Assembly: GCF_001194135.2 (NCBI RefSeq)
Contig: NC_068990.1
Location: 998,914 to 1,062,913, forward strand
Source: Octopus bimaculoides
Taxonomy: Eukaryota
DNA: 64,000 bases
Direction: 5' to 3'
The notes beneath the pieces are model-generated. The model was not told the DNA's origin and searched no databases. It saw only the letters and a list, made by a program, of their open reading frames with translations. Of the stretch, positions 1 through 11,790 are shown in pieces. Numbering within the stretch: the stretch's first letter is position 1; each line of letters starts with the position of its first letter. The translations under genes and the position numbers were made by a program.

Positions 1-444
1 GTCCGCTTTCCATGCTAGCATGGGTTGGACGATTTGACTGAGGACTGGTGAAACCGGATGGCAACACCAGGCTCCAGTCTGATTTGGCAGAGTTTCTACA
101 GCTGGATGCCCTTCCTAACGCCAGTGTGTATATATATATACATGTGTTTTATGTTTTATAAGTTTCAGCTCAAAGCTGTGGCCATGCTGGTGCACCACCA
201 TTTTGTTACACTGTTATTATTGAGAATCTCCTCTGATATGTGGTATTTGGCGAATAAGGTATTTTACTGTCGGTATCCTCATTTGCACCTCCTGCCACAA
301 AGTAGGTTCACCTGGGACTCTTGACAGGAAAAGATCCAGTTTTGGATGAGTAATGATGCAAATTATGTGCATATTACCAAGATGACAATATAGTGCAGAT
401 AAGTTGCTGGATGGATTCTGAAATCATTCAGAAACCAGAAGAAA

Positions 445-1067
445 AAAAAGGATACCATTCTGTGTGCTGCATCTATGGAGAACTTTTGTTCTTAGTTGTC
501 TGGTTTACTGCACTGAATTGTGGTCACTGCAGAGTATCAAACTGATGGTGGAACTTAAAGCAGTCCAGCACCATTGCTTAAAGAAGATTGACTCAGTGCA
601 GCAGAAGAGCTGCTGTGAGGGGCTAAAGGAACTGAAACTCCACTCCCTAGAGAAAGGGCATGAAAGATATGTAGTTATATACATATGGAAGATTCTGAAA
701 GGTCTAGCTCTCAAGTTTGGAATTGAAATCTATATCAACCATCAAATTGGATGGCACTACATAGTACCGAAGCTCCCATTTAGAATAAGGACCCAGTAGC
801 TTTTTGGGTTTTAAGAGTCCATAGCTATTCAACATTCTGCCAAACAGTCCGAGAAATTTTCAAGATGTAGTTGTGGAGGTTTCAAAGAAATCTGGACAAA
901 TTTTCATCCAAGATACCAGATGAACACTCATCACAGCAGGAGGCATCAAGAAGAGCAACTCTGTTGGACTCACTACTTCATCAGAAGCAATACAGAAAAA
1001 GTGCAATGAAAAGGCAGTGCCCCAGCATGGCCTAACCCTCTTGCTGAAACCAGTAAATGATAAAAGA
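445..1067 (+). mobile_element. CR1-type LINE 3' remnant (ORF2 C-terminus plus 3' tail)
   Basis: Degenerate translation LWRTFVLSCLVYCTELWS...LKELKLHSLEKGHERYVVIYIWKILKGL...LFNILPNS resembles the CR1 ORF2 end. It ends in ggcagtgccccagcatggcc...ctgaaaccagtaaatgataaaaga. Confidence 0.75.
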
Positions 1068-1707
1068 TATACATATATACATACATACATGCATGCATGC
1101 ATGCATGTATGTGCATATGAGACAGGCATGTTTCTGTTAAAGTTACCTTCTCAAGTCATGCTGACTCACAAGGGCTGGTTTCCCAGTTTCATGGCCTAAA
1201 TATTCCCCACCTGGACAGGATGCTGGGCTGCCACAGGATTATTCGTTTTTGCCAGTTGAGTAGACTGAAGCAACGTGAAACAAAGTGTTTTGCTCAAGAA
1301 CACAACACATCACGCAGTCCAGGAATCGAAACCACTACCTTATGGTCATGCGACCAACACCCTAACCACACACCTTCACAGTTTCTATTCACCAACCTGT
1401 ACTCACAAAGACACTTGCAATAGTTCTAAGCAGTAGGTAGGAACTTGGAGCATTATGTCTGGATAACAAACTCCTTAACCACAGAACCACTTGAAACATT
1501 ACCTAGTTTTCTCTGAATATGTATTCTTCTTTTTATTTCCCTCAACACCTCCCCTTATACTTGGTTAGTACTAAAATATAATATTTGGTGATTTTTTTCT
1601 TAGTTCTTTTTGTTACAAAATTCCATAACAACAACAACAACAAACAAACAAACAGACAAAAAGTAAAATATAGAGATAAAATATATTCTGAAGTTTATCT
1701 TGCCATC

Positions 1708-2388
1708 NNNNNNNNNNNNNNNNNNNNNNNNNNNNNNNNNNNNNNNNNNNNNNNNNNNNNNNNNNNNNNNNNNNNNNNNNNNNNNNNNNNNNNNNNNNNN
1801 NNNNNNNNNNNNNNNNNNNNNNNNNNNNNNNNNNNNNNNNNNNNNNNNNNNNNNNNNNNNNNNNNNNNNNNNNNNNNNNNNNNNNNNNNNNNNNNNNNNN
1901 NNNNNNNNNNNNNNNNNNNNNNNNNNNNNNNNNNNNNNNNNNNNNNNNNNNNNNNNNNNNNNNNNNNNNNNNNNNNNNNNNNNNNNNNNNNNNNNNNNNN
2001 NNNNNNNNNNNNNNNNNNNNNNNNNNNNNNNNNNNNNNNNNNNNNNNNNNNNNNNNNNNNNNNNNNNNNNNNNNNNNNNNNNNNNNNNNNNNNNNNNNNN
2101 NNNNNNNNNNNNNNNNNNNNNNNNNNNNNNNNNNNNNNNNNNNNNNNNNNNNNNNNNNNNNNNNNNNNNNNNNNNNNNNNNNNNNNNNNNNNNNNNNNNN
2201 NNNNNNNNNNNNNNNNNNNNNNNNNNNNNNNNNNNNNNNNNNNNNNNNNNNNNNNNNNNNNNNNNNNNNNNNNNNNNNNNNNNNNNNNNNNNNNNNNNNN
2301 NNNNNNNNNNNNNNNNNNNNNNNNNNNNNNNNNNNNNNNNNNNNNNNNNNNNNNNNNNNNNNNNNNNNNNNNNNNNNNNNNNNNNNNN
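1708..2388. other. Assembly gap (N-run). Others at 4922-5823, 14315-14324, 16510-16894, 24808-24817, 25959-26235, 36962-37412, 40296-40429, 43881-43941, 54743-54752
   Basis: Runs of N, mostly bordered by (TA)n or (GA)n microsatellites; they may hide exons. Confidence 1.
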
Positions 2389-2393
2389 TATAT

Positions 2394-2444
<51 letters not shown>

Positions 2445-2455
2445 CACTTATATAA

Positions 2456-2490
<35 letters not shown>

Positions 2491-3380
2491 AAGAAAATAA
2501 GTAAAGAATTGGTAAGTCCACATTAACTTTGCTGAGGAAATTGTCTTCATACTATTGCTTGTCAGAAAATTTTATATTAGATAAATGTAAATAACACTTC
2601 ATTCTTTTCCAAAAAAAAACAGTACAAACATACATACATAAATACATACATACATACATACATACATACATACATACATACACATGTGCACATACATATT
2701 CACATATACAAACACATATACAAATACATACACAGTCATAGCTAGAACTACAATAGTCCAGTAATATTCCTTTACAAACTGAAACTAATATAACCGAAAT
2801 AAGGGAGGTAAGTAAGATAATAACTAGATAGAAATAAAAGTGTAAAATTTTACCATTTTTTTTCATCATTAAATTCTTTCAATTACTTTACTTCTTTTGT
2901 CCCCCCCTGGCACATGTGTGTGCATTTATGGATGTGTCCAAACAAGCATAAAAAATAAATGTTGATGATGATAATGATGATCTTTTCTAGCTAGCTAGCT
3001 AGGTAGCTAGCTCTATATATGTTTCATTAAATGCTCAACTATGTTCAAGTTTTATCTTGTTTATTTTAGATTTTTCATATTTTCTCATTAACTTTTTATG
3101 GTTGCTTTGGAACATTAGAGTTTCTAAATCCATATTCAACATTTCTAGACCTTCACAGTTTTATTATCAAGAAATGAAATGGATACATTGGGCATTTGTA
3201 TTGTTTCTTATATACTAATTGCATCCACTTAGACCAGTGTTTCTCCATCAGAATCCACATGGCCCAGGGGGATGGGGTCCACATAAAATTTTGCTCTTAA
3301 AATTCATGTGCAATAAATTGATTATATTTCTACAATGCATGGAATATATTTTTCTATTTTTTTCTTTATATTCCTAATAA

Positions 3381-3799
3381 GGCACAGGAGTGGCTGTGTG
3401 GTAAGTAGCTTGCTTACCAGCCACATGGTTCTGTGTTCAGTCCCACTGTGTGGCACCTTGGGCAAGTGTCTTCTACTATAGCCTCAAGCCGACCAAAGCC
3501 TTGTGAGTGGATTTGGTAGACGGAAACTGAAAGAAGCCCGTTGTATATATGTATATATGTATATATATATATATGTATGTGCATGTTTATATGTTTGTGT
3601 GTCTGTGTTTGTCCCCCCAACATCGCTTGACAACCGATGCTGGTGTGTTTATGTCCCCGTAACTTAATGGTTCAACAAAAGAGACTAATAGAATAAGTAC
3701 TAGGCTTACAAAAAAAAAGCCTTGGGGTCGACTAGCTCGACTAAAAGGCAGTGCTCCAGCATGACCACAGTCAAATGACTGAAACAAGTAAAAGAGTAA
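3381..3799 (+). mobile_element. CORE-type tRNA-derived SINE, full-length representative of the dominant family
   Basis: tRNA-like head (tggctgtgtggt...gttcagtcc), CORE-like gtggcaccttgggcaagtgtctt, internal (TA/TG)n, tail ctccagcatg..ctgaaacaagtaaaagag. Other copies lie near 4160-4500, 6787-7165, 40015-40615, 41245-41650, 41965-42460, 47440-47800, 57010-57375 (minus) and 59665-60025, 62925-63320 (plus). Confidence 0.85.
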
Positions 3800-5879
3800 T
3801 ATTTAAGTATAAAAATATAATCTTTTCTTTAATCCTTTACTTGTTTTGGTCTTTAGACTGATGCCATGCTTTGGCACCACCTTGAAGAATTTTCAGTCAA
3901 ATGTATTAACCCCAGTACTTCATCATCATCATCATCATCATCACCCTTTGACATTTGTTGTCCCTGCTGACCCGAGTTGGACGGTGTGACCATATCTGGC
4001 AAACTGGGGAGCTGCACCAGACTCCAGTCTGGTTTGGGATGGTTTCTAAGGCTGGATGCCCTTCCTAACGCCAACCACTTTACAGAGTGTGTTGGGTATC
4101 TTTTACATGGCACTGCATGGGTGCATTTATGTGTTGTCAAGAGTACTTTACACCCTCAGAAGGATCAGTCTTAATACTTTTGCTGCAGAGTAAGGGTCTT
4201 CTTATATTTTTAAAACCTGGGTACTTATTCTATTGGTCACTTTTGCTGAATTGCTAAGTTACAAGGACGTAAACACACCAGCACCAAATGTCAAGCAGTG
4301 TGAAGGGACAAATACACACACACACACACACATTATACACACACACACACACACACACACACATATTATTGACAAGCTTCTTTCAGTTTCCGTCCACCAA
4401 ATCTCCTCATGAGTCTTTGGTTGTCATGAGGCTACAGTAGAAGACACTTTCACAAGGTGCCACACAGAGCCACATGGTTGGGTAGCAAGCTTCTTACCAC
4501 ACACCCTCCAAATGTTTATTAGGGTCCAGTGAAGTGAAATAGGAGTCAAATGAATCAATAGGCAAAAAGAAAAAGAAAAAATGGTTGAGAACCATTGACT
4601 GAGACAAAAACAGCCAAAAGATTTTTAAATTTTTAACTGTTTACATCGTATTTCATACATCATCAGTCACATGGTTTGTTGGTGGTCGTCTTCTTCTGAA
4701 GTTTCTCACTTTGCTTCTCCCTCTCTCTCTCTCTCTCTCTCACTCTCCTTTCTTATTCTGTTTTTCTCTTTCCTCCCTTCTTTCTTCACATATACTCTGT
4801 GGCCTACATACGTCTTCCACCTCTGACCATTTTATTAGTCACTCCAGCTTTCATTCTACATCAGACTTACCATGTAAAAATGTCTTAAATTTGGGAACAT
4901 ATTTTTTCCTTTCTCTTGCCTNNNNNNNNNNNNNNNNNNNNNNNNNNNNNNNNNNNNNNNNNNNNNNNNNNNNNNNNNNNNNNNNNNNNNNNNNNNNNNN
5001 NNNNNNNNNNNNNNNNNNNNNNNNNNNNNNNNNNNNNNNNNNNNNNNNNNNNNNNNNNNNNNNNNNNNNNNNNNNNNNNNNNNNNNNNNNNNNNNNNNNN
5101 NNNNNNNNNNNNNNNNNNNNNNNNNNNNNNNNNNNNNNNNNNNNNNNNNNNNNNNNNNNNNNNNNNNNNNNNNNNNNNNNNNNNNNNNNNNNNNNNNNNN
5201 NNNNNNNNNNNNNNNNNNNNNNNNNNNNNNNNNNNNNNNNNNNNNNNNNNNNNNNNNNNNNNNNNNNNNNNNNNNNNNNNNNNNNNNNNNNNNNNNNNNN
5301 NNNNNNNNNNNNNNNNNNNNNNNNNNNNNNNNNNNNNNNNNNNNNNNNNNNNNNNNNNNNNNNNNNNNNNNNNNNNNNNNNNNNNNNNNNNNNNNNNNNN
5401 NNNNNNNNNNNNNNNNNNNNNNNNNNNNNNNNNNNNNNNNNNNNNNNNNNNNNNNNNNNNNNNNNNNNNNNNNNNNNNNNNNNNNNNNNNNNNNNNNNNN
5501 NNNNNNNNNNNNNNNNNNNNNNNNNNNNNNNNNNNNNNNNNNNNNNNNNNNNNNNNNNNNNNNNNNNNNNNNNNNNNNNNNNNNNNNNNNNNNNNNNNNN
5601 NNNNNNNNNNNNNNNNNNNNNNNNNNNNNNNNNNNNNNNNNNNNNNNNNNNNNNNNNNNNNNNNNNNNNNNNNNNNNNNNNNNNNNNNNNNNNNNNNNNN
5701 NNNNNNNNNNNNNNNNNNNNNNNNNNNNNNNNNNNNNNNNNNNNNNNNNNNNNNNNNNNNNNNNNNNNNNNNNNNNNNNNNNNNNNNNNNNNNNNNNNNN
5801 NNNNNNNNNNNNNNNNNNNNNNNTATATATATACACATATATATATATACATACACACACATGCACATATAGGCATCCA

Positions 5880-6130
5880 GTAATTTTGAGTTCTTTTTGG
5901 TAGGTCTGTTGTACTTTTGTGAATTTTTGTATACTTTTATTTTATAATCTTGTATAGCGTTTATCGATGAGGGATCATAATTGCTGATAATATGTTTTAA
6001 TTGTTTCAATCTTTGGTCAAGAGTTTATGAGGGGAGTGTGGTAATCATGTTTGTGGCTTTTCTTGTCCATTGTGCATTGTGCATGTTGACTGTGCTTACC
6101 TTTTCTTCTGTTTAATCATAACACCACAGT
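5880..6130 (-). mobile_element. Possible N-terminal ORF remnant of a Penelope-like or other retroelement
   Basis: Reads LKQLKHIISNYDPSSINAIQDYKIKVYKNSQKYNRPTKKNSKLL, a basic helical segment resembling PLE N-terminal regions. No diagnostic motif. Confidence 0.3.
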
Positions 6131-6477
6131 GATCGTTTGCCCACACGTCTTCTTATTTCTCAGAAGCCGTCATTTCTGCTCCTTTCATCTTCTTTTTCTC
6201 ATTTCCTTTCTTGTTTTCTTCCTTCATTCTCTCTGAGGTTTGTTCTCTCTCTCCTGTCCTTCTCTGTTTCTAGCCTTCCCCATGATGTTCTGATTTCCTA
6301 TAATTCATATTTTTCTGTCTATGCATGCTTCTTTCTTTTTCCACTTGGCTTTACTAAACTACCTTTTCATCCTCTGCTTTTTCTCTTTTTTATGTCTTTG
6401 TTCAATTGCTAACATCCAGCAATCTTTGTTGACATTCTTGTCCAAACATTTTCTCTGTTTTAGTAATCTTTATCACT

Positions 6478-6546
6478 CTGTTCTCTATTCTGGTTCTCTA
6501 TTCTGGTTATCTATTCTGGTTCTCTATTCTGGTTCTCTGTTCTGGT
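6478..6546 (+). repeat. 13-bp minisatellite (ttctctattctgg, about 5 units)
   Basis: Read directly. Confidence 0.8.
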
Positions 6547-8543
6547 AATCTTAGCCACACACACTAAATACTTTGCATGCTTTTCATTACGTTTACAATT
6601 TTTAAATATGTTACATCTAATTTTGTTTTGCACGTCTTTACATGGTTGTTGTTGTCCTGTCTTGGTGTCCAACCCTGAAGCATTTGTTTTACATCTACTG
6701 GCACTCTGAAGGGAGCGATCATATTGATAATGTACGAAACTTGCCCCGACCTTCAGTTAACAGCTGAGTTGTACAGTGTAATATTCTTTTATTCTTTTAC
6801 TTGTTTCAGTAATTTCACTGTGGCCATTCTGGAGTACTGCCTTAAAGAGTTTTTACTTGAAGAAATCGACCTCAGGACTTATTCTTTGTAAGCCTAGTAC
6901 TTATTCTATCGATCTCTTTAGCCAAACTGCCAAGTTACGGGGATGTAAACACACCAACATTAGTTGTCAAGCGATGGTAGGGGGAACAAATGAACATAGA
7001 CACACACACATAAATATATACATGTATATGACAGGCTTCTTTCAGTTTCTATCTCCCAAATCTACTCACAAGGCTTTGGCTAGCCTGAGGCTATTGTAGA
7101 AGACTTGCCCAAGATGACACGCTGTGGGACTGAACCTAGAACCATGTGGTTGGGAAGCAAATCCCTGTATGTGTGTTTCTTTGTCCTGTGCATTTTATTT
7201 ATCTTGTTATCGGTGTTTAATCCTTCTTCTTTACTTGTTTTACATTATGTTTAATATTACTTTTCTGGTTGTGGAAGTACTAAAGAACTGTGTGGTATCG
7301 GGGTAGGGATGTATCTCACCTAAATTGTGGGTCCTCTCATAAAGTTGATTCTTTTCAAATGGAGTATATTTATGAGAGCCTTACCTGCTTGACCTCTGGC
7401 CCGAACCTAATGGCAAATTCCCTGAACATCAAAATAGCCCACAGTAGTTGTCCTTCAGCTCAAGTGACCTTCCTTGTTCCTGTCTAGACCCCTTGGCTAG
7501 TCACATGATGCCACTGACTATACTTCATGCAAAGCCCACTGCCCCACAATCTGGATTTGTAATGTTCACTCATCTGATCAGAAGCATTTATCACTGGAAT
7601 GAGCAAAATAATTGTAACTGGGAATTAAAACAGTTGCAATCAAATTACTTTGCAAAATTGTAGCATTCCTAAGATATAGCTCTGTGCCATGAATATAGTA
7701 AATAAAATTTTAAAAAATACCAGACTTAAAAAAAACAAACAATTATTAATATTATCTTCAGTAAATGAAGAAAATTTAAAAACTCTTTAATGAGTCAAGT
7801 GAATGTTAATCTACACATACATTTTTTGTAATTTTTTTTTGCTGTTTTTGTTTAGTTCTCTGATGCATAAAATTGTCTATCAAGTATTTCTGCTGTTAAA
7901 TTATTGATTATTGATAACCTCAATGTTATGGTCATCTTAGTTTGTCATTTAGAGAATTAATAATTAATAATTAATCAATACATTTTCAATTTTTTTTTCT
8001 TATTTTATTTTCTTATGCCATTTTTTTTTCAATTCTATAGGACTAATTTAAATTTCTCCATTAAAAGTTTGAATAAATTATGTTAGGAAAAAAAAGAAAA
8101 ACAGAAATCAAGAAACAAATGAATTTTAGTGTTGTAAAACAAAAAACAAAACCAAGTCAACTTGGAAGAAAGTAGGTCTGTATTTGAATTCATGTTATAT
8201 TTATTGTAAATATTATAAATAATTTGGTAAAACATCAGCGACAATGCTATCTTCTCAACCACTAACAACAACAATTCTGTCATCAATGATGCCAATATCA
8301 CTGTCATCACTAAATTATTTGAACTTCTTGGACAGCTTATTAACACTATGCGCAAATACAAGCACACATGTGTATGAAGTCATGATGGAACTTCAAGACA
8401 TTTATTCCATCTGACAGAAGTAGCAGCCACATCACCAACAGATCACATGACTCATCTTTAAAAAAAATGTAGGATCCATTAGATAATATAGTCCAAGAAA
8501 CATCACCATAATCCTCTTCATTTTACATCTGCGTTCCATTCTG

Positions 8544-8573
8544 TCAGGGTTAGGGTTAGGGTTAGGGTTAGGG
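8544..8573 (+). repeat. Interstitial telomere-type repeat TCAGGG(TTAGGG)4
   Basis: Read directly at 8544-8573. Confidence 0.9.
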
Positions 8574-9327
8574 TTTGACAGGCTTTGATGAAGCAGAGAC
8601 CCACATTGTGCTCCAGTGTCTAAATTTCAGCATGGTTTCTATGATTTTTAACACTGACCACTTATAGAATGTGGTGTGTGCATTTTTTGTGGCACCAGCA
8701 CTAGTGAAGTTGCCCTGTAACTTGAAAGACTAAAGAGGAATAGAACCTTTATAAATGGAGATCATGGCTGAAATGCCTGTAATCATAAAATTTACTCACT
8801 TAGGGCTGACCAGGGGCTAAACAATAACAACAACAAAATTTACAAAAAAAATGTATGGAATATCAAGAGGCAGGATAAGAATATTTTAGTCTTTCAACTA
8901 AAATCAACAAGTACATAAGAGTCGTAAGAGATAACAAAATGAAAGTGGATATGAAAAATTATTAGATTCGTTGGAGTGAACAAAGAACAGAATGGCATTG
9001 AAGTTTTTCAACTAAAATAATGAACCAAATGAGAGATGGTTGTGCATAGAACTAATGCTGGCAGGAAGGGAAAATAGTTGATTCTTTGAACATTAAGTCT
9101 TTGAATGGTAAAATAGCAGAGTGATAGAAAAGTGAAGTGAGATGCCAGTGTGGCTGTGCAGTTGCAAGTTCACTTTGCAACTATGTAGTTTCAGGCCCAG
9201 TTATACTCCATGGCATTATGTGTGTATGAATATGTGCACAAGTGTGTGTGTGTAAATGTTTATATTTGGCACTAAGTTGAACTACACACAGTGATGTTTG
9301 CAGGCATTTCCTTATCAACAAATAATC

Positions 9328-9696
9328 TGGAATAAAGATTTTTGCCAACATAACATGGCAGTCCTGGTTTAGGATGAATGTTGCTGTAATTTAGCCCCAG
9401 GAGACATTGTCTCCGGCTGGCTATACGACACGATATGTGTCCTTATATTTTCAAACAAGGGAATCTAGCACCCCCACTCAGCTCAATCATGATTTCCGGG
9501 TTACACAGATATTGTTTTGCGATACACAGATATTGTTTTGAGCTGAGTCGAGGAGCTAGATTCCCTTGTTCAAAAATATAAGGACACAGATCGTGTCGTA
9601 TAGCCAGCTGGAGACAATGTCTCCTGGGGCTAAATTAGAGCAACATTTATCCTAAACCAGGACTGCCATGTTATGTTGGCAAAAATCTTTACTCCA
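9328..9696. mobile_element. Foldback MITE with about 158-bp arms
   Basis: 9328-9486 is the reverse complement of 9538-9696 with about ten mismatches; the centre has an 18-bp tandem duplication (tacacagatattgttttg x2). Confidence 0.85.
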
Positions 9697-10769
9697 AAGT
9701 ACTGTTGCTGAATATCTCTCGTCGTGAGATTTAAAAATAGTAATTTTCTAAATCATCTGGAAGTTTTACAAGATGGCAAATTTGTTACCATGCCAGGCAC
9801 AATGCTTAGTAGTATTTCGTCCATCTTCATGTTCTGAGTTCAAATTCTGCTGAGGGTGACTTTGCCATTTATTCTTTCAGGGTTGATAAAATAAGTATCA
9901 ATTGAGGACCAGGGTCTATGTAATTGATTTATCCCCCCATCCCCCACTCTGAAAATACTGGCCTTGTGCCAAAATTTGAAACCAATATAAGTGGAAAGAA
10001 AATTCCCTTACTTGAAAACCAGATAATGGTTAGTGACAAGAAGAGTAATGGGCTGCAAACTATATCTCAATAATATGTATTCATCTAACCCACACTAGCA
10101 TAGAAAAATGAAGGCAAAACAAATGAGCCTTAATCAGAGGCATACAAGCAGAAAATGGTAGTAAATGGCAACATGAACAAGTGCTGCAACTTTATGTTGT
10201 GCTTAGATTTTGCTGAGATCCGCTTCAGCTTTTATCCTTCAAGGTTCAATAAAAAAAAAAAATCACTCAAGAACCAGGTGTCATGTCATTGCCTCCCTAT
10301 CAGGAGCCGGAGGGATCTGACACTTGTCTTTGACATTAAGTGGGACACATCTAGTGTACCAGTCTTTGCTGTTCCCCTTGGATATCCTTGATGTACCATC
10401 TTTTATCTTTCACTTGTTTCAGTCAGTGGACTGTGACCAAGCTGAGGTATGACCTTGAAAGGTTTACTCAAACAAATCGATCCCAGTGTTTGCCTTAAGT
10501 CTGATTATTCTATACTATTGGTCATGTTTGCCAAACTGCTAAGTTACAGAGATTGAAACATACCAACACTGGTTACTAAGCAGTAGTGGGTGACAAACAC
10601 AAACACGGTTATATATATGTATATATATATATATATATTTAGGAGAGTATTGTAGTTCACTTGAAGCATTGTGTATTGTTTGTAAACAATAATAATAATA
10701 AATAATAATAATGTGTTTTCAATGGCACAACAATGCACTATAATAACTGATGTAATTTAATCATCCATA

Positions 10770-11790
10770 GGTCTGATATAATATTCTGGAATATAAAAAT
10801 TCCTTCTTCAGATATCCCTAGGGATTGATTGAGTCACTGCTACAATCGATTTTCCAATGGCTTTTCTCTTTTTTTATTTATTTTTTCCCCTTTCTTCCTT
10901 TTTTTCACCCTTTTTCTTCTTTCTCCAGAAGTGTCTCTGCTCTGGTCTCGCAAAGCTCTTTCCGGAATTCCTCGTGAGATGTGCGTGAAGGTGGCCATGT
11001 CTCAGGCTTGTGTGTGCTGGCACATCTGTAGCGCTGCTTCTAAGTTATGTATTATACATGCAGTTTCCTCTTTTTTCACCTCTTTCCCTTTTTTCCTCCT
11101 TTTTTTCTCTTCCCTGTTTTTTTTTTTATAAATAATATATGAGCATGTCAAAAAAAGAAAAAAGCCTACACGCATCCAGATGTAGCTAGAGAATATATTG
11201 ACTGCTAAGCTCCAGCCCGTTGTTGATTTGGGGCCCTACTTTTGTCTTTGAGAATAGCTTCCTTAATCCTTAAATTACCCAAATTTCTTTCATTGGCCTC
11301 AGTTGTGACTGTTATGCTTTTGTTGGTGTTCCGGCGTCTGTCTAGATGTTTTCTGAAGGAGGACACTCTCGTGTTCAGATGTTCTTTGATGCAAATGTGT
11401 AACGGTCTTGTTGTTGTGCTACCCACATAGAACTTGTTGCATTTATTACATTGTATTCTATACATGACATTTACTCATTGGCATAAGTCTGTAGCACGGA
11501 TGGGGCAGTTTGCTAATGTGCATTGATTGCTGTCTCTTGCTCGTTTCCTTGTAAGGCATCTTCTCAGAGAGGGGCCAGAGTTGGCTAGTTGTATGTTTAG
11601 TCTTTCCCTTTGTATAGCTCTTCGGATGGCTGTAGTTATCCTCTCGCTAAAATGGGGTATTTTAAGGAAGCATGTGTTACTGGGTTTTTTGTGGTGTTCG
11701 GCATGTTGTTTGTTTTGGGTACTCAAGCCAATTCATAATGGATATAGGGTACCTATTGATTTTTAATATTTTTAGGTAGCGTTGTCTCTT
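10770..11790 (-). mobile_element. Penelope-like element, 3' part (GIY-YIG endonuclease remnant plus non-coding 3' region)
   Basis: ORFs 11475..11726 and 11205..11465 read CTLANCPI...LCQ / YRIQCNKCNKFYVGSTTTRPLHICIKEHL...NLRIKEAIL, a PLE-type GIY-YIG domain broken by stops and frameshifts. Confidence 0.85.
10775..10816 (-). ncRNA. Decayed minimal type-I hammerhead ribozyme motif in the Penelope 3' region
   Basis: Minus strand GATAT-CTGAAGA-A-GGAAT(ttttat)ATTCC-AGAATATT-ATATC. Stem I (5 bp) and stem II (5 bp) are perfect and CUGANGA is intact. The 8-nt GAAA-CG-UH segment reads AGAATATT, mostly explained by CpG decay. Confidence 0.65.

Noticed and set aside
1585-5883. Long ORFs in the track (250-390 aa), and similar ones at 16.4-17.0, 25.9-26.3, 36.9-37.5, 40.0-40.5 and 43.7-44.1 kb
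   Set aside because: They are open only because they run through N gaps and (TA)n/(CA)n/(GA)n tracts.
6700-6765. ctgaagg...cgaaac as another hammerhead
   Set aside because: A9 is not conserved and convincing stems I and II cannot be drawn.
7386-7425. Strong minus-strand donor CAG/GTAAGG with a 37-nt segment (EFAIRFGPEVKQ)
   Set aside because: Only superficial similarity to the RhoGAP FGP motif, which is already accounted for; surrounding frames are full of stops.
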